This document shows, one piece after another, positions 11,951-24,655 of a DNA stretch of 64,000 nt. The stretch is taken from positions 252,030,001 to 252,094,000 of the forward strand of contig OZ024740.1 in the NCBI GenBank assembly GCA_964016885.1. The letters are read 5' to 3'. Source of the DNA: Eledone cirrhosa. Its lineage: Eukaryota. Every line of letters starts with the position of its first letter. The first letter of the stretch is position 1. The notes beneath the pieces are model-generated. The model made no database searches, had not been told where the DNA came from, and saw only the letters and a program-made list of their open reading frames with translations. Position numbers and translations under genes: made by a program.

Positions 11951-14900
11951 TCTCCACTTGGCCGGCTGGAAATTATCTCCTCTTGGCCGGCTGGAAATTA
12001 TCTCGCCTTGGCCGGCTGGAAATTATCTCCTCTAAAATAAATTAAATTAAATTAAATTAAATTAAATTAAATCAAATTAATTAAATTAATTAATTAATTA
12101 TTTATATTTTTTTTATTTTATTTATTTTATTTTTTTTATTAATTACGTTATTAATTAATTAATTAATTATGTAAATTGATTTTATTTCAATTTAATGCAA
12201 TTTAATTTAATTTACTTTAATTCAATTTAATTTAATTCAATTTAATTTAATTTTATTTAATTTTATTTCATTTAAAAAACGAAACGAAACCGGTGTGCCT
12301 ACAAAACAAAAGAAAAGAAACCGGGGAACCTAAAAAATCGAACGAAACGAAATTATCTCCCCTTGGCCTGCTGGAAATTATCTCCCCTTGGCCGGCTGAA
12401 AATTATCTCCCCTTGGCCGGCTGGAAATTATCTCCCTTTGGCCGGCTGGATATTATCTCCCCTTGGTCGGCTGGATATGATCTCCCCTTGGCCGGCTGGA
12501 AATTATCTCCCCTTGGCCGTTGGAAATTATCTCCCCTTGGCCGGCTGGAAATTATCTCCCCTTGGCCGGCTGGAAATTATCGCCCCTTGGCCGGCTGGAT
12601 GTTATGTCCCCTTGGCCGGCTGGATATTATCTCCCCTTGGCCGGCAGGAAATTATATCCCCTTGGCCGGCTGGAAATAATCTTCCCTTGGCCGGCCGGAA
12701 ATTATCTCCCTTTGGCCGGCTGGATATTATCTCCCCTTGGCCGGCTTGAAATTATCTCCCCTTGGCCGGCTGGATATTATCTCCCCTTGGCCGTCTGGAA
12801 TTTATCTCCCCTTGGCCGGCTGGATATTATCTCCCCTTGGCCGGCTTGAAATTATCTCCCCTTGGCCGGCGGGATATTATCTCCCCTTGGCCGGCTGGAT
12901 ATTATCTCCCCTTGGCCGACTGGAAATTATCTCCGCTTGGGCGGCGGGATATTATCTCCCCTTGGCCGGCTGTAAATTATCTCCCCTTGGCCGGCTGGAA
13001 GTTATCTCCCCTTGGCCGGCTGGATATTATCACCCCTTGGCCAGCTGGAAATTATCTCCACTTGGCCGGCTGGAAATTATCTCCTCTTGGCCGGCTGGAA
13101 ATTATCTCGCCTTGGCCGGCTGGAAATTATCTCCTCTAAATTAAATTAAATTAAATTAAATTAAATTAAATCAAATTAATTAAATTAATTAATTAATTAT
13201 TTATATTTTTTTTATTTTATTTATTTTTATTTTTTTTATTAATTACGTTATTAATTAATTAATTAATTAATTATGTAAATTGATTTTATTTCAATTTAAT
13301 GTAATTTAATTTAATTTAATTTACTTTAATTCAATTTAATTTAATTCAATTTAATTTAATTTAATTTTATTTTATTTTATTTAAAAAACGAAACGAAACC
13401 GGTATACCTAAAAAAACAAACGAGAAGAAACCGGGAAACCTAAAAAATCGAACGAAACGAAATTATCTCCCCTTGGCCTGCTGGAAATTATCTCCCCTTG
13501 GCCGGCTGAAAATTATCTCCCCTTGGCTAGCTGGTAAAAATCTCCCCTTGGTCGGCTGGAAATTATCTCCCCTTTGCTGGCTGGAAATTATCTCCCCTTG
13601 GCCGGCTGGAAATTGTCTCCCCTAGGTCGGCTGGAAATTATCTCCCCTTGGCCGGCTGGTAATAATCTCCCCTTGGTCGACTGGAAATTATCTCCCATCG
13701 GCCGACTGGATATTATCTCCCCTTGGCCGGCTTGAAATTATCTCCCTTTGGCCGTCTGGATATTATCTCCCCTTGGCCGGCTGGAAATTATCTCCCCTTG
13801 GCCGGCTGGATATTATCTCCCCTCGGCCGTCTGGAAATTATCTCCCATTTGACGACTGGAATTTATCTCCCCTTGGCCGGCTGGATATTATCTCCCCTTG
13901 GCCGACTGGAAATTATCTCCCCTTAGTCGGCTGGAAATTATCTCCCCTCGGCTGTCTGGAAATTATCTCCCATTTGACGACTGGAATTTATCTCCCCTTG
14001 GCCGGCTGGATATTATCTCCACTTGGCCGACTGGAAATTATCTCCCCTTAGTCGGCTGGAAATTATCTCCCCTTGGCAGGCCCGAAATTATCTCCCCTAA
14101 AGTAAATTAAATTAAATTAAATTAAAAAACGAAACGTAACCGGTATACCTAAAAAAACAAACAAGAAACCGGGAAACCTAAAAAATCGAACGAAACGAAA
14201 TTATCTCCCCTTGGCCTGCTGGAAATTATCTCCCCTTGGCCGGCTGAAAATTATCTCCCCTTGGCTAGCTGGAAATTATCTCCCCTTGGCCGGCTGAAAA
14301 TTATCTCCCTTTGGCCGGCTGGATACTATCTCCCCTTGGTCAGCTAGAAATTATCTCCCCTTGGCCGGCTGGATACTATCTCCCCTTGGCCAGCTGGAAA
14401 TTATCTCCACTTGGCCGGCTGGAAATTATCTCCTCTTCGCCGGCTGGAAATTATCTCCTCTAAATTAAATTAAATTAAATTAAATTAAATTAAATTAAAT
14501 CAAATTAATTAAATTAATTAATTAATTAATTTTATTTTTTTTATTCTAATTATTTTTATTTTTTTTATTAATTACGTTATTAATTAATTAATTAATTATG
14601 TTAATTGATTTTATTTCAATCCAATGTAATTTAATTTAATTTAATTTAATATAATTTAATTTAATTTAATTTAATTTTATTTAAAAAACGAAACGAAACC
14701 GGGGTACCAAAAAAACGAACGAAAAGAAACCGGGGAACCTAAAAAATCGAACGAAATGAAATTATCTCCCCTTGGCTTGCTGGAAATTATCTCAACTCGG
14801 CCGGCTGGATACTATCTCCCCTTGGCCGGCTGGATGTTATCTCCCCTTGGCCAGCTAGAAATTATCTCCCTTTGGCCGGCTGGATGTTATCTCCCCTTGG

Positions 14901-15089
14901 CCAGCTAGAAATTATCTCCCTTTGGCCGGCTGGATATTATCTCCCCTTGGTCGGCTGGATATGATCTCCCCTTGGCCGGCTGGAAATTATCTCCCCTTGG
15001 CCGTTGGAAATTATCTCCCCTTGGCCGGCTGGAAATTATCTCCCCTTGGCCGGCTGGAAATTATCTCCCCTTGGCCGGCGGGATATTAT

Positions 15090-18000
15090 CTCCCCTTGGC
15101 CGGCAGGAAATTATATCCCCTTGGCCGGCTGGAAATAATCTTCCCTTGGCCGGCCGGAAATTATCTCCCTTTGGCCGGCTGGATATTATCTCCCCTTGGC
15201 CGGCTTGAAATTATCTCCCCTTGGCCGGCTGGATATTATCTCCCCTTGGCCGTCTGGAATTTATCTCCCCTTGGCCGGCTGGATATTATCTCCCCTTGGC
15301 CGGCTTGAAATTATCTCCCCTTGGCCGGCGGGATATTATCTCCCCTTGGCCGGCTGGATATTATCTCCCCTTGGCCGACTGGAAATTATCTCCGCTTGGG
15401 CGGCGGGATATTATCTCCCCTTGGCCGGCTGGATATTATCTCCCCTTGGCCGGCTGGAAATTATCTCGCCTTGGCCGACTGGAATTTAGCTCCCCTTGGC
15501 CGGCTGGAAATATACTCCCCTTGGCCGGCTGGAAATATATTCCCCTTGGCCGGCTGGAAATTATCTCCTCTTGGCCGGCTGGATATTATCTCCCCTTGGC
15601 CGGCTGGATATTATCTCCCCTCGGCCGGCTGGAAATTATCTCCCCTTGGCCGGCTGGAATTTATCTCCCCTTGGCCGGCTGGAATTTATCTCCCCTTGGC
15701 CGGCTGGATTTTATACCCCGTTGGCCGGCTGGAAATAATCTCCCCTTGCCCGGCTCGAAAATATCTCCCCTAAATTAAATTAAATTAAATTAAATCCAAT
15801 TAATTAAATTAATTAATTAATTATATTTTTTTTATTTTATTTTTTTTTATTTTTTTTTATTAATTACGTTATTAATTAATTAATTAATTATGTAAATTGA
15901 TTTTATTTCAATTTAATGTTATTTAATTTAATTTAATTTAATTTAATTTAATTTAATTTACTTTAAATCAATTTAATTTAATCTAATTTAATTTAAGTTA
16001 ATTTTATTTTATTTTATTTCAAAAACGAAACGAAACCCGTGTACCTAAAAAAACAAACGAAAAGAAACCGGGGAACCTAAAAAATCGAACGAAACGAAAT
16101 TATCTCCCCTTGGCCTGCTGGAAATTATCTTCCCTTGGTCGGCTTGATATTATCTCCCCTTGGCAGGCTGGAAATTATCTCCCCTTGGCCGACTGGAAAT
16201 TATCTCTCCTTGGGCGGCGGGATATTATCTCCCCTTGGCCGGCTGGAAGTTATCTCCCCTTGGCCAGCTGGAAATTATCTCGCCTTGGCCGGCTGGAATT
16301 TAGCTCTCCTTGGCCGGCTGGAAATATACTCCCCTTGGCCGGCTGGAAATATACTCCCCTTGGCCGGCTGGAAATTATCTCCTCTTGGCCGGCTGGATAT
16401 TATCTCCCCTTGGCTGCTGGATATTATCTCCCCTTGGCCAGCTGGAAATTATCTCCACTTGGCCGGCTGCAAATTATCTCCTCTTGGCCAGCTGGAAATT
16501 ATCTCCCCTAAATTAAATTAAATTAAATCAAATTAATTAAATTAATTAATTAATTGATTATATTTTTTTTATTTTATTTATTTTAATTTTTTTTTTAATT
16601 ACGTTATTAATTAATTAATTAATTATGTAAATTGATTTTATTTTAATTTAATGTAATTTAATTTAATTTAATTTACTTTAATTCAATTTAATTTAATTTT
16701 ATTTAATTTTATTTTATTTTATTTTATTTAAAAAACGAAACGAAACCGGGGCACCTAAAAAAACAAACGAAAAGAAACCGGGGAACCTAAAAAATCGAAC
16801 GAAATGAAATTATCTCCCCTTGGCTTGCTGGAAATTATCTCAACTCGACCGGCTGGATACTATCTCCCCTTGGCCGGCTGGAAATTATCTCCCCTTAGCC
16901 GGCTGGAAATTATCTCCCATTGGCCGGCTGGATATTATCTCCCCTTGGCCGGCTGGATGTTATCTCCCCTTGGCCAGCTAGAAATTATCTCCAGTTGGCC
17001 GGCTGGAAATTATCTTCTCTTGGCCGGCTGGAAATTATCTCCCTTTGGCCGGCTGCATATTATCTCCCCTTGGCCGGCTAGATATGATCTCCCCTTGGCC
17101 GGCTGGAAATTATCTCCCCTTGGCAGGTTGGAAATTATCTCCCTTTGGCCGGCTGAAAATTATCTCCCTTTGGCCGGCTGGATACTATCTCCCCTTGGTC
17201 AGCTAGAAATTATCTCCCCTTGGCCGGCTGGATACTATCTCCCCTTGGCCAGCTGGAAATTATCTCCACTTGGCCGGCTGGAAATTATCTCCTCTTCGCC
17301 GGCTGGAAATTATCTCGCCTTGGCCGGCTGGAAATTATCTCCTCTAAATTCAATTAAATTAAATTAAATTAAATTAAATTAAATCAAATTAATTAAATTA
17401 ATTAATTAATTAATTTTATTTTTTTTATTCTAATTATTTTTATTTTTTTTTATTAATTACGTTATTAATTAATTAATTAATTATGTTAATTGATTTTATT
17501 TCAATCCAATGTAATTTAATTTAATTTAATTTAATATAATTTAATTTAATTTAATTTAATTTTATTTTATTTAAAAAACGAAACGAAACCGGGGTACCAA
17601 AAAAACGAACGAAAAGAAACCGGGGAACCTAAAAAATCGAACGAAATGAAATTATCTCCCCTTGGCTTGCTGGAAATTATCTCAACTCGGCCGGCTGGAT
17701 ACTATCTCCCCTTGGCCGGCTGGAAATTATCTCCCCTTAGCCGGCTGGAAATTATCTCCCCTTGGCCGGCTGGATAATATCTCCCCTTGGCCGGCTGGAA
17801 ATTATGTTCTCTTGGCCGGCTGGAAATTATCTCCTCTTGGCCGGCTGGAAATTATCTCCCCTTGGCCGGCTGGATATTATCTGCCCTTGGCCGGCTGGAT
17901 GTTATCTCCCCTTGGTCAGCTAGAAATTATCTCCCTTTGGCCAGCTGGATATTATCTCCCCTTGGTCGGCTGGATATGATCTCCCCTTGGCCGGCTGGAA

Positions 18001-20170
18001 ATTATCTCCCCTTGGCCGTTGGAAATTATCTCCCCTTGGCCGGCTGGAAATTATCTCCCCTTGGCCGGCTGGAAATTATCGCCCCTTGGCCGGCTGGATG
18101 TTATGTCCCCTTGGCCGGCTGGATATTATCTCCCCTTGGCCGGCAGGAAATTATATCCCCTTGGCCGGCTGGAAATAATCTTCCCTTGGCCGGCCGGAAA
18201 TTATCTCCCTTTGGCCGGCTGGATATTATCTCCCCTTGGCCGGCTTGAAATTATCTCCCCTTGGCCGGCTGGATATTATCTCCCCTCGGCCGGCTGGAAA
18301 TTATCTCCCCTTGGCCGTCTGGAATTTATCTCCCCTTGGCCGGCTGGATATTATCTCCCCTTGGCCGGCTTGAAATTATCTCCCCTTGGCCGGCGGGATA
18401 TTATCTCCGCTTGGCCGGCTGGATATTATCTCCCCTTGGCCGACTGGAAATTATCTCCGCTTGGGCGGCGGGATATTATCTCCCCTTGGCCGGCTGGATA
18501 TTATCTCCCCTTGGCCGGCTGGAAATTATCTCGCCTTGGCCGACTGGAATTTAGCTCCCCTTGGCCGGCTGGAAATATACTCCCCTTGGCCGGCTGGAAA
18601 TATATTCCCCTTGGCCGGCTGGAAATTATCTCCTCTTGGCCGGCTGGATATTATCTCCCCTCGGCCGGCTGGATATTATCTCCCCTCGGCCGGCTGGAAA
18701 TTATCTCCCCTTGGCCGGCTGGAATTTATCTCCCCTTGGCCGGCTGGATTTTATACCCCGTTGGCCGGCTGGAAATAATCTCCCCTTGCCCGGCTCGAAA
18801 ATATCTCCCCTAAATTAAATTAAATTAAATTAAATCCAATTAATTAAATTAATTAATTAATTATATTTTTTTTATTTTATTTTTTTTTATTTTTTTTTAT
18901 TAATTACGTTATTAATTAATTAATTAATTATGTAAATTGATTTTATTTCAATTTAATGTTATTTAATTTAATTTAATTTAATTTAATTTAATTTAATTTA
19001 CTTTAAATCAATTTAATTTAATCTAATTTAATTTAAGTTAATTTTATTTTATTTTATTTCAAAAACGAAACGAAACCCGTGTACCTAAAAAAACAAACGA
19101 AAAGAAACCGGGGAACCTAAAAAATCGAACGAAACGAAATTATCTCCCCTTGGCCTGCTGGAAATTATCTTCCCTTGGTCGGCTTGATATTATCTCCCCT
19201 TGGCAGGCTGGAAATTATCTCCCCTTGGCCGACTGGAAATTATCTCTCCTTGGGCGGCGGGATATTATCTCCCCTTGGCCGGCTGGAAGTTATCTCCCCT
19301 TGGCCAGCTGGAAATTATCTCGCCTTGGCCGGCTGGAATTTAGCTCTCCTTGGCCGGCTGGAAATATACTCCCCTTGGCCGGCTGGAAATATACTCCCCT
19401 TGGCCGGCTGGAAATTATCTCCTCTTGGCCGGCTGGATATTATCTCCCCTTGGCTGCTGGATATTATCTCCCCTTGGCCAGCTGGAAATTATCTCCACTT
19501 GGCCGGCTGCAAATTATCTCCTTTTGGCCAGCTGGAAATTATCTCCCCTAAATTAAATTAAATTAAATCAAATTAATTAAATTAATTAATTAATTGATTA
19601 TATTTTTTTTATTTTATTTATTTTAATTTTTTTTTTAATTACGTTATTAATTAATTAATTAATTATGTAAATTGATTTTATTTTAATTTAATGTAATTTA
19701 ATTTAATTTAATTTACTTTAATTCAATTTAATTTAATTTTATTTAATTTTATTTTATTTTATTTAAAAAACGAAACGAAACCGGGGCACCTAAAAAAACA
19801 AACGAAAAGAAACCGGGGAACCTAAAAAATCGAACGAAATGAAATTATCTCCCCTTGGCTTGCTGGAAATTATCTCAACTCGACCGGCTGGATACTATCT
19901 CCCCTTGGCCGGCTGGAAATTATCTCCCCTTAGCCGGCTGGAAATTATCTCCCATTGGCCGGCTGGATATTATCTCCCCTTGGCCGGCTGGATGTTATCT
20001 CCCCTTGGCCAGCTAGAAATTATCTCCACTTGGCCGGCTGGAAATTATCTTCTCTTGGCCGGCTGGAAATTATCTCCCTTTGGCCGGCTGCATATTATCT
20101 CCCCTTGGCCGGCTGGATATGATCTCCCCTTGGCCGGCTGGAAATTATCTCCCCTTGGCAGGTTGGAAAT
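15090..20170 (+). repeat. ~3.04-kb-period duplication; further related copies at ~40600-42800 and ~50680-52830
   Basis: ORF-track pairs 16110/19150, 16135/19175 and 16310/19350 (offset 3040), with matches at 41694 and 51769. Shared markers ttttataccccg, aagttaatttt and gaaacccgtgtacc. Confidence 0.88.
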
Positions 20171-22518
20171 TATCTCCCCTTGGCCGGCTGGAAATTATCT
20201 CCCCTTGGCCGGCTGGAAATAATCTCCCCTTGGCCGGCCGGAAATTATCTTCCTTTGGCCGGCTGGATATTATCTCCGCTTGGCCGGCTGGAAATTATCT
20301 CCCCTTGGCCAGCTGGATATTATCTCCCCTCGGCCGGCTGGAAATTATCTCCCCTTGGCCGGCTGGAATTTATCTCCCCTTGGCCGGCTGGAATTTATAT
20401 CCCCTTGCCCGGCTCGAAAATATCTCCCCTAATTAAAATTAAATTAAATTAAATTAAATCAAATAAATTAAATTAATTAATTAATTAATTATATTTTTTT
20501 TATTTTATTTATTTTTTTTTTTTTTAATTAATTACGTTATTAATTAATTAATTAATTATGTAAATTGATTTCATTTCAATTTAATGTAATTTAATTTAAT
20601 TTAATTTACTTTAATTCAATTCAATTTAATTTAATTTAATTTAATTTAATTTTATTTAAAAAACGAAACGAAACCGGGGTACCTAAAAAAACAAACGAAA
20701 AGAAACCGGGGAACCTAAAAAATCGAACGAAATGAAATTATCTCCCCTTGGCTTGCTGGAAATTATCTCAACTCGACCGGCTGGATACTATCTCCCCTTG
20801 GTCGGCTGGAAATTATCTCCCCTTAGCCGGCTGGAAATTATCTCCCATTGGCCGGCTGGATATTATCTCCCCTTGGCCGGCTGGATGTTATCTCCCCTTG
20901 GCCAGCTAGAAATTATCTCCACTTGGCCGGCTGGAAATTATCTTCTCTTGGCCGGCTGGAAATTATCTCCCTTTGGCCGGCTGCATATTATCTCCCCTTG
21001 GCCGGCTGGATATGATCGCCTCTTGGCCGGCTGGAAATTATCTCCCCTTGGCAGGTTGGAAATTATCTCCCCTTGGCCGGCTGGAAATTATCTCCCCTTG
21101 GCCGGCTGGAAATAATCTCCCCTTGGCCGGCCGGAAATTATCTTCCTTTGGCCGGCTGGATATTATCTCCGCTTGGCCGGCTGGAAATTATCTCCCCTTG
21201 GCCGGCTGGATATTATCTCCCCTCGGCCGGCTGGAAATTATCTCCCCTTGGCCGGCTGGAATTTATCTCCCCTTGGCCGGCTGGAATTTATATCCCCTTG
21301 CCCGGCTCGAAAATATCTCCCCTAATTAAAATTAAATTAAATTAAATTAAATCAAATAAATTAAATTAATTAATTAATTAATTATATTTTTTTTATTTTA
21401 TTTATTTTTTTTTTTTTTTATTAATTACGTTATTAATTAATTAATTAATTATGTAAATTGATTTCATTTCAATTTAATGTAATTTAATTTAATTTAATTT
21501 ACTTTAATTCAATTCAATTTAATTTAATTTAATTTAATTTAATTTTATTTAAAAAACGAAACGAAACCGGGGTACCTAAAAAAACAAACGAAAAGAAACC
21601 GGGGAACCTAAAAAATCGAACGAAATGAAATTATCTCCCCTTGGCTTGCTGGAAATTATCTCAACTCGACCGGCTGGATACTATCTCCCCTTGGCCGGCT
21701 GGAAATTATCTCCCCTTAGCCGGCTGGAAATTATCTCCCATTGGCCGGCTGGATATTATCTCCCCTTGGCCGGCTGGATGTTATCTCCCCTTGGCCAGCT
21801 AGAAATTATCTCCACTTGGCCGGCTGGAAATTATCTTCTCTTGGCCGGCTGGAAATTATCTCCCTTTGGCCGGCTGCATATTATCTCCCCTTGGCCGGCT
21901 GGATATGATCGCCCCTTGGCCGGCTGGAAATTATCTCCCCTTGGCAGGTTGGAAATTATCTCCCCTTGGCCGGCTGGAAATTATCTCCCCTTGGCCGGCT
22001 GGAAATAATCTCCCCTTGGCCGGCCGGAAATTATCTCCCTTTGGCCGGCTGGATATTATCTCCGCTTGGCCGGCTGGAAATTATCTCCCCTTGGCCGGCT
22101 GGATATTATCTCCCCTCGGCCGGCTGGAAATTATCTCCCCTTGGCCGGCTGGAATTTATCTCCCCTTGGCCGGCTGGAATTTATATCCCCTTGCCGGCTC
22201 GAAAATATCTCCCCTAAATAAAATAAAATTAAATTAAATTAAATCAAATAAATTAAATTAATTAATTAATTAATTATATTTTTTTTATTTTATTTATTTT
22301 TATTTTTTTTTATTAATTACGTTATTAATTAATTAATTAATTATGTAAATTGATTTCATTTAAATTTAATGTAATTTAATTTAATTTAATTTACTTTAAT
22401 TCAATTCAATTTAATTTAATTTAATTTAATTTAATTTTATTTAAAAAACGAAACGAAACCGGGGTACCTGAAAAAACAAACGAAAAGAAACCGGGGAACC
22501 TAAAAAATCGAACGAAAT
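19841..22518 (+). repeat. Three tandem copies of an ~893-bp array+spacer unit
   Basis: Array starts at 19841, 20734, 21627 and 22519 (steps 893, 893, 892), with near-identical monomer variant order in the first three. Confidence 0.93.
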
Positions 22519-24655
22519 GAAATTATCTCCCCTTGGCTTGCTGGAAATTATCTCAACTCGGCCGGCTGGATACTATCTCCACTTGACCGGCTGGAAATTC
22601 TCTTCTCTTGGCCGGCTGGAAATTATCTCCCCTTGGCCGGCTGGAAATTATCTCCCCTTGGCCGGCTGGATATTATCTCCCCTTGGCCAGCTAGAAATTA
22701 TCTCCCCTTGGCCGGCTGGAAATTATCTTTTCTAGGCCGGCTGGAAATTATATCCCTTTGGCCGGCTGGAAGTTATCTCCCCTTGGCTGGCTGGATATTA
22801 TCTCCCATTGGCCCACTGGAAATAATCTCCCCTTAACCGGCTGGAAACTATCTCCCCTTGACCGGCACGAAATTATCTCCCCTAAAGTAAATTAAATCAA
22901 ATTAATTAAATTAATTATTTATATTTTTTTTATTTTATTTATTTTATTTTTTTTATTAATTACGTTATTAATTAATTAATTAATTATGTAAATTGATTTT
23001 ATTTCAATTTAATGTAATTTAATTTAATTTAATTTACTTTAATTCAATTTAATTTAATTCAATTTAATTTAATTTAATTTTATTTTATTTTATTTCATTT
23101 AAAAAACGAAACGAAACCGGTATACCTAAAAAAACAAAACGAAAAGAAACCGGGGAACCTAAAAAATCGAACGAAACGAAATTATCTCCCCTTGGCCTGC
23201 TGGAAATTATCTCCCCTTGGCCGACTGGAAATTATCTCCCCTTGGCCGGCTCGAAATTATCTCCCATTAGCTGGCTGGAAATTATCTCCCCTTGGCCGGC
23301 TGGAAATTATCTCCCCTTGGCCGGCTGGAAATTATCGCCCCTTGGCCGGCTGGATTTATGTCCCCTTGGCCGGCTGGATATTATCTCCCCTTGGCCAGCT
23401 GGAAATTATCTCCCCTTGGCCGGCTGGAATTTATATCCCCTTGCCGGCTCGAAAATATCTCCCCTAAATAAAATAAAATTAAATTAAATTAAATCAAATA
23501 AATTAAATTAATTAATTAATTAATTATATTTTTTTTATTTTATTTATTTTTATTTTTTTTTATTAATTACGTTATTAATTAATTAATTAATTATGTAAAT
23601 TGATTTCATTTCAATTTAATGTAATTTAATTTAATTTAATTTACTTTAATTCAATTCAATTTAATTTAATTTAATTTAATTTTATTTAAAAAACGAAACG
23701 AAACCGGGGTACCTGAAAAAACAAACGAAAAGAAACCGGGGAACCTAAAAAATCGAACGAAATGAAATTATCTCCCCTTGGCTTGCTGGAAATTATCTCA
23801 ACTCGGCCGGCTGGATACTATCTCCACTTGGCCGGCTGGAAATTCTCTTCTCTTGGCCGGCTGGAAATTATCTCCCCTTGGCCGGCTGGAAATTATCTCC
23901 CCTTGGCCGGCTGGATATTATCTCCCCTTGGCCAGCTAGAAATTATCTCCCCTTGGCCGGCTGGAAATTATCTTTTCTAGGCCGGCTGGAAATTATATCC
24001 CTTTGGCCGGCTGGAAGTTATCTCCCCTTGGCTGGCTGGATATTATCTCCCATTGGCCCACTGGAAATAATCTCCCCTTAACCGGCTGGAAACTATCTCC
24101 CCTTGACCGGCACGAAATTATCTCCCCTAAAGTAAATTAAATCAAATTAATTAAATTAATTATTTATATTTTTTTTATTTTATTTATTTTATTTTTTTTA
24201 TTAATTACGTTATTAATTAATTAATTAATTATGTAAATTGATTTTATTTCAATTTAATGTAATTTAATTTAATTTAATTTACTTTAATTCAATTTAATTT
24301 AATTCAATTTAATTTAATTTAATTTTATTTTATTTTATTTCATTTAAAAAACGAAACGAAACCGGTATACCTAAAAAAACAAAACGAAAAGAAACCGGGG
24401 AACCTAAAAAATCGAACGAAACGAAATTATCTCCCCTTGGCCTGCTGGAAATTATCTCCCCTTGGCCGACTGGAAATTATCTCCCCTTGGCCGGCTCGAA
24501 ATTATCTCCCATTAGCTGGCTGGAAATTATCTCCCCTTGGCCGGCTGGAAATTATCTCCCCTTGGCCGGCTGGAAATTATCGCCCCTTGGCCGGCTGGAT
24601 TTATGTCCCCTTGGCCGGCTGGATATTATCTCCCCTTGGCCAGCTGGAAATTATC
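22160..24655 (+). repeat. Two tandem copies of an ~1245-bp two-array higher-order unit
   Basis: ORF pairs 22517/23762, 22633/23878 and 23192/24437 (offset 1245). Shared markers gtacctgaaaa, ggcccactgg and aaataaaataaaatt. Confidence 0.92.
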
